From Nemertoderma westbladi (lineage: Eukaryota; Animalia; Xenacoelomorpha), in NCBI GenBank assembly GCA_032718475.1, contig JAUCBJ010002084.1, forward strand, positions 1-64,000: DNA of 64,000 nucleotides, given 5' to 3'. The translations under genes were made by a program, and so were the position numbers. Positions 1 to 9,912 of the stretch are shown piece after piece (the first letter of the stretch is position 1; every line of letters begins with the position of its first letter). The notes beneath the pieces are model-generated. The model saw only the letters and a program-made list of their open reading frames with translations, made no database searches and was not told the origin of the DNA.

Positions 1-76
1 TACCAACACAGCCGTATGACTACAGCATGCAGGGACATAACATATACCCAGGGGAGGGGGGAATTATTGCGGATAG

Positions 77-3000
77 GTGCATGGGCCCCAACATATTAAC
101 ATCAACCCCATTACCAAACATACCGGTGGGGGGGGGGGACAGGGTGACATTCCCCCATCACAATATCAACAATATACCCCGATGGTAGCAAGAACAACGA
201 GACCCCTGGACGAAAACAGATCGTGTGACACAGATATATGGAGGGGGCCGCTACCCCCAATGACATACCCAAGCCAGAGAAGGTCAAGAAGTAGGACAGA
301 CGGAACGCACCAAACAGGGGAAACTATACAGCACCCGTCGAAGCCATTGGAAGCGCAGGCGATAGGGATGGCCACGTTGATCGATGCTTTGAAAACGAGG
401 ATCGAGTTACCACCCGTGGAACCATTCAAGTTCGACGGGAGTAGGCCGGAAGAATATTTACAATTTCGGCGAATGTATAGCAACGAAATACTAACAAAAA
501 ACTTGACGCAGGCGGAGTGCCTAAAGTATCTACAAGTGTACACGGGAGGCCCAGCATACGATATCGTGAGGCAATATCAGGGAATAGAGGGCGGCTTCAC
601 GACAGCATGGCGGGCACTGGATAGGGAATACGGGCACCCGGCCAAGATCATCAGGCAGACGCTGAGAGGCATAACATCGGGTGGCCTACAGGACAACCCC
701 GTTAGCATTAAGACGTTTGCTAACAAAGTCGAAAAGGCGCTAATCGTGCTGAAGACGCTAGACGCGCCGTACGAGCTCAATGCGTCCAACAACATCACCA
801 CGATAGCGCAGGCACTACCGAACTGGCTGCGCAACAAGTGGAGGAAGATCGCTTTCTCCACTCGAGACAAGAAGGGTGTGGAACCGGGTTTAGAAGAAAT
901 GTCAAACTTCTTAAATTACGAGGCTGAACTAATAACAGACCCAGTCTATAGTGAAGATAGCCTGGGAAAGGGACCAAAGACAGATCACTACAGGCCGAAA
1001 CCAGAGCACAATACATCAAACGCATTGCCGAGGCTCAGGCAATCATTGCCATACGCAGCGACGCAGGGGACTGCAAGTCCACAGGCAAACGAAGACAAGA
1101 CTACATCATGGAACGGACAGGGGAACAATAACAACGTGAATAAACATAACCCCAGTACGTCCAGTAGGCCAAATCCAGTCAACAAGAATAGTAGGGACTT
1201 TGGTACGAATATAACTGCGATACGCAATGCATTGTATAAAGAGGGCTACGACCCAAAGAGCAAATGCCAGTTACACGCAAATGCGCTTCATAAAACCATG
1301 AACTGCAGGTACTGGCAGGCGCTACCGAGGCAAGACCAGATAGATTACGCGTCGAGCAATAAAATCTGCTCGCGATGTGTGAAGAGTGGACACAAGGCCA
1401 GGGAATGCCAAGAGAAGCCGGTCAAGTTTGGCCAAAGGAGAGGCCAAACGATGGCAACGAGCACGGTAGGGGCGAAGAAGAGAGGCACGGTGTTACTTGG
1501 AGTAGTACCGGTGCGAGTGATCGGGGAAGGCAATCGATCAGTAACAACACTAATGCTGGTTGATAGTGGAGCTGCCTTCACATTAGTCGAGGAATGGGTA
1601 GCCGAAGAAATAGGATTGAGAACAAGGCCAAGCAGGATGGCGGTAACAACCATCTCTAGCAAAGATGAGATCCTAGAGATGAGGACAGGACGGTGCGCAA
1701 TTGCAGCAGTGGCACCAGGATGCGATTATGGGGCAACCATCGACCCCATCCAAGTAATAGAGTCAATTAACATCAATGCCAGGCGGCCAACCAACATCGA
1801 GGTCGAGCAATACAAATTCCTGGACGACATTGACTTCTCGATCCCAGACGTGGACGTTAGGAAGGTATCCATCATAGTAGGAATGGACTGCCCGACGGCC
1901 CACGAAAGAATGCAAACGGTCTTCGGCGAAGACAAGCAGAGTGACCCGGTGGCTATATTAACACCATTCGGGTGGACGCTGAGTGGTCCAATTAAGAGCA
2001 AGATACCATTCAGGATGTCGGAGACATCAGGATGCATGTTCGCGGGAACAATGCAGGAAATGGGTGATGAGGGAGCAGAGGAGCAGCTTAAAAGACTGCT
2101 CAGACAAGACTTTGAGGGACTGAAAGAGACCGGGGTCGGGACCTCGGTAGAAGACAAACAGGCTCTACAAAGCGTGGAGGAATCGATGACGTGTGATGAG
2201 GGGCGGTATACAATAGGAATGGTATGGAAACTACCGAAGATACCGCTACCCGATAATAGAGGGATGGTACTCACGAGACTTCGTAAGCTGAAACAAACAC
2301 TAAAACGGAGCCCCGAGAAGAACGAGTACATTCACAAAACAATTAAGAAGTACGTCGAGAAGGGATGGGCCGTGGAGTTACCGGTCGACGAGCCGAACAC
2401 GGGCAGGACATACTACCTGCCACTCCACGTAGCATTAGACCCAAAGAAAGGTAAACTTAGGATGGTAGTCGATGCATCGGCAAAGACCGACGGAAAATGC
2501 TTAAACGATTACCTGTTGGAAGGCCCAAATATTTACAATTCGGGCATAGAGGTGTTACTTAGATTTCGAAATGGGAAACACGTCTTCACGTGTGACATAG
2601 AAGGCATGTTCAACCAGGTCCGTGTAACGGAAGAAGATAGTGACAGTCAACGCTTCTTATGGTATAACGGCGAAGAAGAACCGCCGGTAATACCAGCGTA
2701 TAAGATGGTAGTACAAAACATGGGGGCCAAGTCGTCCTCATTTACGACGACTATGGCAGTGAGAGACACGGTAAAGGGCAAGGAAGATAGATACAGCAGT
2801 AGGGCCGTCGATATGATCCGACGCGGCTTCTACGTAGACGACGGTATGGAGTCTGGAAATACGGTTGAGGAGATACTGGAAACAGGGCTCGAGGTTCGCG
2901 ACATCCTGAAAGGATCCGGCTTCAACCTGACCAAATTCCAATCCAGTTCAGAAGAATTTATCAAGGCAATAGAGGACAAGAAACCAGAATCGACCATGGA

Positions 3001-5470
3001 CAACCCTACAACAGCCAAAGGACAGGACATGGCGAATAAGAGAACACAATCTCAGCAAAAGGCATTGGGAATCGTGTGGGATAGAGGAACAGACGAACTG
3101 AAGTATCAGCTGAGCCAGGAGGGCGCAGACACCCATACGAAGAGGGGTTATGTATCGTATATAGCAAGGATATATGATCCCCTAGGCCTAGCATCCCCAT
3201 TACTAGTCACGGGGAAACAGATACTCAAGAGAGTATATAAATTGAAGGATGAGTGGGACGTAGAGGTACCAGAGGACATCAAGAAGCAGTGGAGCAAATG
3301 GACAGGAGACTTGGAGAGGATGGGAACATACAACATGCCGCGAGTGTATTTTCCGGACGGGAACATGACGAATCTGGACCTACATATGTTCTCCGACGCG
3401 TCGTTAGAGGCATACGGAGCGGCACTCTATTTAGTACAACGAGAGGGGGCTCACAAGCCCAGACTAGCCTTTAGCAAAGCTAAGTCAACGCCGCCAGATT
3501 CAGCATCTGTTCCCAAGTTAGAATTGACAGCTGCGAGACTAGGAGTTAGAGCCACAGCCTACCTAGTGGATACAATTCCCAACATAGTGGAGACACACTA
3601 CTGGACGGACTCCATGGTAGTGCTTGGTTGGCTACACAACGAAAAGACGAGATACCCGATATTCGTCGCAAATAGAGTGGACGAAATAAGAGCAACCACA
3701 GAACTAGAAAGGTGGCACTACTGCCCAACAGATGAGAACCCAGCGGACTTGCTGTCGAGGGGCGTGGAACGCCACACCTTCTTAAAGAAGGAAGTATTGT
3801 GGCAACATGGGCCACAATTTCTGAGCGTTAAAGAGGCCTGGCCGCCAATGAGAAAGGTGGAGCCGGGCTCAGAAGTGGTGTCAGAGGGAGAAGAGGGAGA
3901 CTCAGAGGGAGAAGAGATATACTCCCAGATGGTGAGGGAGATTAGGGACGTGCAACCAAAGCAAGAACTACGCGATAACCCGACGGACAAACTCCTCAGC
4001 TACAGTTCTAGTTGGTACAAGACCAAGAAATTAGTGGCGTACTGGAGAGCTTTCGGGAATTTCCTCGCGGGAGTTAATAAGGAGAAGAAAACCAGGGAAA
4101 CCATAGATCTGGAAGGAGCGGCCAAGGCAATAATCCGCTATGAACAACGAAAGAACTACGGCGACGAGGTAGAACGTGTCGGCAACCAACAGCACCTCCG
4201 ACGGGACAGCGAGTTGATTACACTGTCGCCGCAACTCAACGACGATGGGATTCTAGTAATGAATTCTACGGTGGGATATAACAACAGCATAGTCGTGCCA
4301 CCGAAACCCATCATCATTCCCACAGAATCGCCTATAGTCCACCAGATCATATGGGACTCCCACAAATCGATACTGCATGGGGGCACCAACCGAACCCTCA
4401 CAGAGATAAGGAGGACCTTTTGGGTCAAACAACTAAGGAAGAAGGTTAAAGCGGTAGTGGGGCAGTGCCAGACCTGCCGACGAGCGAAGAAGGAACGAGC
4501 CGTACAGGAGATGGCGCCACTACCGGCGAGTAGGGTAAGACAGCACGACCCGCCATTTACGCATTGCGGTGTGGACATGTTCGGGCCGATAAAGATCAAG
4601 GTGATGCGACACACGGAGAAACGCTACGGTATTATCTTCGTATGCAACAATACACGGGCGGTAGGGATAGAACTCGCCCAAGATGCAACCGCATCAGCAT
4701 TCATTAACGCCTTAGAAAGGTTTAGGGACCGCAAAGGTGGGACGATCGCAGTGATATACAGCGACAACGGCACCAACTTTGTGGGCGCAGAGAGTGAGAT
4801 GGCAGAGGCCTTGGACATCTTGGAGGGAGAAGAAGTCAGGGCGGCCATGAGGAGACTACAAGTAAAGTGGGAGAGAAGGACGCCGTATGCACCACATACA
4901 CTAGGATGCGTCGAGAGACTGGTGGGCAGTTCAAAGCGTCTAATGACGAAGTTAATGAACACCCACATGGTCACTGAGGACGTCTTACGGACAGTACTTG
5001 CGAAGTGCGAGGGGATCATTAATAGCAGACCGCTATATCCGGAGAATGATGACCCTGAGTCGTTAGACGTGTTGACGCCTAGCCATTTTCTGATGGAAAG
5101 GCCAGCGACCATCGATATGCGGGGTGTAGACCCAGATGATATACATTCACGCCAGAGTTGGAGGGTCGCTAAAGCAATAAGCGCAGAGTATTGGAGGAGG
5201 TGGGTAGAAGAATACCTACCCACGCTCCATAAGCGAAGCAAGTGGAGGAAACCGAATCGGGAGTTAAAAGTAGGAGATCTCGTAATCGTTACGGATGATA
5301 CTATCATCAACAACCAGTGGCGGTTGGCGAGAGTTGTAGGCACCTACTCCGACGAGGACGGAAAAGTCCGATCGGTAGAAGTGCGGATAGGCGGAAAGAT
5401 AGGTGCGAAGGACAGAAAAACCTACAGGAGAGCGGTAGGTAAATGCTGTCTTCTAGAAGGGGCACCTTAA
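77..5470 (+). CDS. BEL/Pao Gag-Pol polyprotein
   Basis: Gag FDGSRPEEYLQF/AWRALDREYGHP (DUF1759-like). Zn knuckles CQLHANALHKTMNC and CSRCVKSGHKAREC. Protease LVDSGA (~1555). RT CDIEGMFNQV and FYVDD (2831-2842). Pao-type YDPLGLASP. RNase H MFSDASLEAYGA, PKLELTAA, WTDSMVVL, NPADLLSRG. Integrase H-x4-HGG...CQTC, GVDMFGP, YSDNGTNFVGA. C-terminal WVEEYLPTL..W..LKVGDLV. The GTG at 77 is not the true start (see findings). Confidence 0.95.
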   Translation: MHGPQHININPITKHTGGGGGQGDIPPSQYQQYTPMVARTTRPLDENRSCDTDIWRGPLPPMTYPSQRRSRSRTDGTHQTGETIQHPSKPLEAQAIGMATLIDALKTRIELPPVEPFKFDGSRPEEYLQFRRMYSNEILTKNLTQAECLKYLQVYTGGPAYDIVRQYQGIEGGFTTAWRALDREYGHPAKIIRQTLRGITSGGLQDNPVSIKTFANKVEKALIVLKTLDAPYELNASNNITTIAQALPNWLRNKWRKIAFSTRDKKGVEPGLEEMSNFLNYEAELITDPVYSEDSLGKGPKTDHYRPKPEHNTSNALPRLRQSLPYAATQGTASPQANEDKTTSWNGQGNNNNVNKHNPSTSSRPNPVNKNSRDFGTNITAIRNALYKEGYDPKSKCQLHANALHKTMNCRYWQALPRQDQIDYASSNKICSRCVKSGHKARECQEKPVKFGQRRGQTMATSTVGAKKRGTVLLGVVPVRVIGEGNRSVTTLMLVDSGAAFTLVEEWVAEEIGLRTRPSRMAVTTISSKDEILEMRTGRCAIAAVAPGCDYGATIDPIQVIESININARRPTNIEVEQYKFLDDIDFSIPDVDVRKVSIIVGMDCPTAHERMQTVFGEDKQSDPVAILTPFGWTLSGPIKSKIPFRMSETSGCMFAGTMQEMGDEGAEEQLKRLLRQDFEGLKETGVGTSVEDKQALQSVEESMTCDEGRYTIGMVWKLPKIPLPDNRGMVLTRLRKLKQTLKRSPEKNEYIHKTIKKYVEKGWAVELPVDEPNTGRTYYLPLHVALDPKKGKLRMVVDASAKTDGKCLNDYLLEGPNIYNSGIEVLLRFRNGKHVFTCDIEGMFNQVRVTEEDSDSQRFLWYNGEEEPPVIPAYKMVVQNMGAKSSSFTTTMAVRDTVKGKEDRYSSRAVDMIRRGFYVDDGMESGNTVEEILETGLEVRDILKGSGFNLTKFQSSSEEFIKAIEDKKPESTMDNPTTAKGQDMANKRTQSQQKALGIVWDRGTDELKYQLSQEGADTHTKRGYVSYIARIYDPLGLASPLLVTGKQILKRVYKLKDEWDVEVPEDIKKQWSKWTGDLERMGTYNMPRVYFPDGNMTNLDLHMFSDASLEAYGAALYLVQREGAHKPRLAFSKAKSTPPDSASVPKLELTAARLGVRATAYLVDTIPNIVETHYWTDSMVVLGWLHNEKTRYPIFVANRVDEIRATTELERWHYCPTDENPADLLSRGVERHTFLKKEVLWQHGPQFLSVKEAWPPMRKVEPGSEVVSEGEEGDSEGEEIYSQMVREIRDVQPKQELRDNPTDKLLSYSSSWYKTKKLVAYWRAFGNFLAGVNKEKKTRETIDLEGAAKAIIRYEQRKNYGDEVERVGNQQHLRRDSELITLSPQLNDDGILVMNSTVGYNNSIVVPPKPIIIPTESPIVHQIIWDSHKSILHGGTNRTLTEIRRTFWVKQLRKKVKAVVGQCQTCRRAKKERAVQEMAPLPASRVRQHDPPFTHCGVDMFGPIKIKVMRHTEKRYGIIFVCNNTRAVGIELAQDATASAFINALERFRDRKGGTIAVIYSDNGTNFVGAESEMAEALDILEGEEVRAAMRRLQVKWERRTPYAPHTLGCVERLVGSSKRLMTKLMNTHMVTEDVLRTVLAKCEGIINSRPLYPENDDPESLDVLTPSHFLMERPATIDMRGVDPDDIHSRQSWRVAKAISAEYWRRWVEEYLPTLHKRSKWRKPNRELKVGDLVIVTDDTIINNQWRLARVVGTYSDEDGKVRSVEVRIGGKIGAKDRKTYRRAVGKCCLLEGAP

Positions 5471-5576
5471 ATTGGAGTTAGTGTGGAGTTTAGTCGTCCA
5501 AGTTTTGGACTGAGGGGGGTGGGATTGAGGGCGAGACGCCCTTCCCACACAAATAAAATAAAATAAAATAAAAAAT

Positions 5577-6170
5577 AGTTAGTTAGTTAGTAGGTACGTA
5601 GTACCTAGAGTTAGTTAGTTAGTAGGTACGTAGTGCCTAGAGTTAGTTAGTTAGTAGGTACGTAGTACCTAGAGTTAGTTAGTTAGTAGGTACGTAGTGC
5701 CTAGAGTTAGTTAGTTAGTAGGTACGTAGTACCTAGAGTTAGTTAGTTAGTAGGTACGTAGTACCTAGAGTTAGTTAGTTAGTAGGTACGTAGTGCCTAG
5801 AGTTAGAGAGTTAGTAGGTACGTAGTGCCTAAAGTTAGAGAGTTAGTAGGTACGTAGTACCTAGAGTTAGTTAGTTAGTAGGTACGTAGTACCTAGAGTT
5901 AGTTAGTTAGTAGGTACGTAGTGCCTAGAGTTAGAGAGTTAGTAGGTACGTAGTACCTAGTTAGAGTTAGAGTTAGTAGGTACGTAGTACCTAGTTAGAG
6001 TTAGAGAGTTAGTAGGTACGTAGTACCTCGTTAGAGTTAGAGTTAGAGGGTACGTAGTACCAATAGTTAGTTAGAGTTAGTAGGTACGTAGTACCTAGTT
6101 AGAGTTAGAGTTAGTAGGTACGTGGTACCTAGTTAGAGTTAGAGTTAAGGGGTACGTAGTACCATTAGTT
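5577..6170 (+). repeat. 18-copy ~32-bp tandem array inside the retrotransposon; each unit holds a TAGGTAC-GTA-GTACCTA hairpin
   Basis: Unit AGTTAGTTAGTTAGTAGGTACGTAGTACCTAG, counted 18 times. The linker varies between (AGTT)n and (AGAGTT)n; the hairpin core is kept. Confidence 0.95.
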
Positions 6171-6658
6171 AGAGAGAGAGAGTAAGAGGTAAAAGGGGTA
6201 AAATAGGATATAGATATTAGTTAGCAGTAAGTAGAGTTAGTAGCGAGAGGGGGGCATATGAGTACAGCTGGATAAATCGTGTGGCCACACGACGCATACT
6301 GCTGTACTGCATGGGCCCACAGAGTAGGCCAGAATATGGATCAGAGAATAGAATAAATCCATAGGCAGTAGTAGGTAGTAGGACAGTAGGATCAAAACAA
6401 ACAAATAAATAGAATAGGGCTAAAATCGTAAAATAGTGGCAACACAAGGAAAGTCGTTCTAGAACATAATAAAAGTAACGGACGGAAATTGTAAATTAGG
6501 CTGATTTACTAGCTTCAAAATTAATCAGGTTAAATTTAGGCTAAAAGGCGCAATTAAGTAGAAAGTAGGCCATTATCGAACTGTACGAAACATCTTAAAT
6601 ACTTCACTCATCTGTATTGCGCCTTGGTAAGGCACCACCCTGCAGGTGAGCGAGTGTA

Positions 6659-9196
6659 GTGTTCGGAATGGCGAGTAAGTTGATCAGGAAGAGGAAGGCG
6701 GAGTCAGGAGGAAAAGAAATACTGGTGGATTTCACCGAAAGACACCCGGAAGAGAAGACGAGAGGATACTACGAGAAGTTGGAAAGGGGTCACGCGGCAC
6801 GAGCGCTGCAGGACCACTTCCGGGAGATGCACGAGCAGCGGCTGGTCGGGACCTACGGAACGCCGTCGCTGGACAACGCGATCTTCCAACACTTCCACTA
6901 CGTGGTGAAAGGGGACGAGGCGAAGTTCGGGATTCCGAAGTATCCGAGGGAATCGCCGAGGAAGGACTGGAAAAGATTCATAGAGTCCGTCAACAGAGGA
7001 GGATATATGATCCTAGATGACGAGGGAACCGTGGAAGACGAAGCGGGTTTGAGACGAGGAACGGCAGGATCGGCCAGGACCATACTCCTACATTTGGCCG
7101 CGCCAAATGGGGACATCTTCTTATTCGACCTAGGGACGTATGGGAAGAAGGACGGGCCGAAATTAGACCGATTACCGAAAGCGGTACAAGTCTTAGTAAG
7201 AGAGAAGTCGACGACGAAAGTGGGATCGGCGATTCGCGAGGACGCGGAGAGGATCATCGGTCCGGACGCCACCAACCTCCTGGATATGCAGAAAGTCTTT
7301 ATGGCTATGACGGCACCGGATGGATTGGGGGTAGTCGAAAACACAGGCCAATGCGGGGCTGTGGCGATGGGCCAATTATTGGGGCTCGTATGCCACAAAC
7401 CGATGGACTGGGGAAAGTTTAGGGAAGAATACGGGGCAGAACTAGCAAACTCGCTGAAGTGGGGAGCGAGACCAGGAAAGCAGGAGGTATATCAGTTTCG
7501 CAGAGGAGCGATAAAGGTATATCAGAAGCGATATATCCTGCAAGAGGACTGGATGATGATAAGTTTGTTTAACTTATTCATGACCGTAGTTATCGAAAGG
7601 GAACCAGGGGCATTTCTGTTATCGGGATCACCCCTAAGCTACAGGAGAGCCTTTAAGACGGCCTTCGACGGTCTGGTAGACCACCCGGGGCTGAAGGGCG
7701 AGTCGGTGTACTACAACAGCCGACATCTGGTAGACGGGGAGACAGATACACCGTATCAGAGATGGGAACAGCTAGAGGTGGACAGACGAGAAGCAAAGCG
7801 ACTGGAAGAAGTCGCTAGACGGGAGAGGATAGAAGCAGAGGAGAGGGAAGAGGAGGCCAGGGCACAGAGTTACGGCTTCGAGGAACAGGCGGGCCTAGAC
7901 GAACTTCATTGGACTTCGTCAGGGAGTTCGGGGGAGTCTCTAGGGCGAGAATTGGGATGGACGGTGGGATCGCCGAAACAGTCGACGTCGGGGTTGCAAA
8001 CGATGCCCATACCAGCGGGCGCCGAGGGCGACCAACCGCCAAGGAAGTTAAGGGAGCTAGAGGGATGGAGAGCTACGGGCGAGAGTCAAGGCGGGAAGGG
8101 ACATAGTGGATCCATCGGGATACCGGGATTGGAGACACTACCAGAAGAGGAGGACGACGAGTTCGGAGAGATGCCGCCCATCGAAAGGATAGGCCACTCG
8201 GACACGGACTGGGTTGGCGGAAGGGTGGTGACAGCCAGTGGGGCGAGGGCCTTCTGGAACAGATCCGGCAAGCGGACCTGGGTGCACGAGGAGCCGGCGA
8301 TGGATTTCGCGGGGAGCACCATCAGGTTGGGCGAGCAACCGGGAACAGCACCACGGATAGTATTCGGGGAGACGATGCCCGAGAGGGGCGGAGAGATCGA
8401 CGTAAACAGGGAGAGCAACGTAGAGAAGTTCGCCTACCAGCGACTCCATAGACCGTGGAGATCGCTTGGGACGAAAGACGAGGTGGGACGGGAGACATTG
8501 GTACTCGGCTGCGACTACTGTGGGAGACAGACCCATCAGGAAAGCAGCTGCCTATACCGGTTCCAACGGGGAACCTTTTGTCTCTACTGTAGAGAACCAA
8601 GCCACAGGATGGGGGCGTGTCCACGGTTGCATAACCGATGTCCAAAGTGCCACTTTCGGGGACACTACGGGCGCGAGTGCGACTGGATGAGCGACGAGGA
8701 AAAGTTCACAAGATTCGAGGAGTGGGCCGACGTCGGGGCCATGACGCGCCAGCGCATGAAGGCCCAAGAGTTCAAGTGGGGTTTCTTCCTCATAAACCAG
8801 GAGACCCACATGGAAATCATAAAGCGAAGGTTACCGTTTACCTATCAAGAGGTAGCAACGGCGGCGTCGTTCGCCGGAGTTATGAACACGCAACGGTACC
8901 TGGACAGGTGGACACCAGAGAACCGGAGGGAGTTTAGGGATTTCTTGGCGGAACACGTACCAAAGGCAATGAAAATGATCCTATGGGACGCCACTCGAGG
9001 GAGACAACCGGGCCATTCTGAGGGGCCACCGGCGAAGCGATATCGGGCACTAATAACACCAGCGCCCAAGGAGCCAACGACCGGGATTAGCAAGGAAGTG
9101 GCGGCGAAGGTCCGAAAGCAGAAAGCGGATGATGCCAGAGGGACGGTGATAGCCAAGAAACGGGCCAGGGAAGAGGACGTCAGGAGGAACAGATAG
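6659..9196 (+). CDS. Accessory ORF2: DEDDy-type (DnaQ/WRN/Mut-7/EXD-like) 3'-5' exonuclease domain, acidic helical linker, three CCHC zinc knuckles, basic C-terminus
   Basis: Intact 845-codon ORF (first ATG at 6668). ExoI-like YMILDDEGT (~7004-7030). LHLAAPNGDIFLFDL..LPKAVQVLV. ExoII-like KVGSAIREDAERI (~7217). LLDMQKVF. QLLGLVCHKP..W. ExoIII-like QKRYILQED (~7523-7549). Knuckles CDYCGRQTHQESSC, CLYCREPSHRMGAC and CPKCHFRGHYGREC (~8510-8680). Confidence 0.8.
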   Translation: MFGMASKLIRKRKAESGGKEILVDFTERHPEEKTRGYYEKLERGHAARALQDHFREMHEQRLVGTYGTPSLDNAIFQHFHYVVKGDEAKFGIPKYPRESPRKDWKRFIESVNRGGYMILDDEGTVEDEAGLRRGTAGSARTILLHLAAPNGDIFLFDLGTYGKKDGPKLDRLPKAVQVLVREKSTTKVGSAIREDAERIIGPDATNLLDMQKVFMAMTAPDGLGVVENTGQCGAVAMGQLLGLVCHKPMDWGKFREEYGAELANSLKWGARPGKQEVYQFRRGAIKVYQKRYILQEDWMMISLFNLFMTVVIEREPGAFLLSGSPLSYRRAFKTAFDGLVDHPGLKGESVYYNSRHLVDGETDTPYQRWEQLEVDRREAKRLEEVARRERIEAEEREEEARAQSYGFEEQAGLDELHWTSSGSSGESLGRELGWTVGSPKQSTSGLQTMPIPAGAEGDQPPRKLRELEGWRATGESQGGKGHSGSIGIPGLETLPEEEDDEFGEMPPIERIGHSDTDWVGGRVVTASGARAFWNRSGKRTWVHEEPAMDFAGSTIRLGEQPGTAPRIVFGETMPERGGEIDVNRESNVEKFAYQRLHRPWRSLGTKDEVGRETLVLGCDYCGRQTHQESSCLYRFQRGTFCLYCREPSHRMGACPRLHNRCPKCHFRGHYGRECDWMSDEEKFTRFEEWADVGAMTRQRMKAQEFKWGFFLINQETHMEIIKRRLPFTYQEVATAASFAGVMNTQRYLDRWTPENRREFRDFLAEHVPKAMKMILWDATRGRQPGHSEGPPAKRYRALITPAPKEPTTGISKEVAAKVRKQKADDARGTVIAKKRAREEDVRRNR

Positions 9197-9874
9197 GTTT
9201 TCAGAGTCGAGGGAGTGAGACTGAGACTGGGACGTGGTGCGCCTGGAAGGCGCCGCGTGGAACGTACGAACTACTAAGTACAAATTTAATTAATGCAAAT
9301 AATCATATAAGTGCAATTTGTATGTACGTACGTAGTAATTAGTAATTTAGAAATATACATACGTTCGGAGTGAGTACTATAGTCATACAACCTTTCTCAA
9401 CTAGCTACTGGGACTGGGGGGAATAACTGACTATGGGACTATGGACGAGACAACTGACAATTTCACACTTCTTGAGTGCGACGGCACGAGAGGGGGGGGG
9501 GGGAGGTTCGTCAGGAGAGATAAAATAGTCGAAGTGGAATTGAGGATCGGAGTAATAGGGTGGAGTGCAGAGAGAGTGCGGACGCAACTCTAGTGTGGGG
9601 GAGGAGAATAAGAGGCTGAGTGAGGGACGTGGAGGTCCGGGGGTATGAGAGAGTTAGGGTGAGAGTGGAGAGGAGATAGGGCGAAAGTGTTGGGGAAACA
9701 AAAGTCGTGTGAGAGGTGAGCGCGATCAGCCCGACATGAGACGCCAGGCACACAGGGTAGCGTTATCATACCCATAGGGGGCGGCCTGGAAAGCCGGCTC
9801 CTAGAGAAAATAATTCCACCCCACACCCGATACTAGATCGGGATCCAGCGGGATTGTAGCGCACTTTTTGGTTG

Positions 9875-9912
9875 ATGCTATCTTCTTACCGGGAAGATAG
9901 CATGGGGGGGAG
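9875..9912 (+). promoter_or_regulatory. Polypurine tract preceded by an 11-bp stem-loop
   Basis: ATGCTATCTTC-ttaccgg-GAAGATAGCAT (9875-9903), then GGGGGGGAG (9904-9912), then TG. Confidence 0.85.

Noticed and set aside
5577-6170. CRISPR-like palindromic repeat array
   Set aside because: Linkers are near-identical low-complexity (AGTT)n, not unique spacers. Kept as a hairpin array instead.
6659-9196. ORF2 as an env gene or a second gag
   Set aside because: No signal peptide or transmembrane segment and no capsid-like region; the motifs fit an exonuclease plus knuckles.
166-9283. Numerous minus-strand and alternate-frame ORFs over the BEL element
   Set aside because: Shadow ORFs of long coding sequences with no recognisable motifs.
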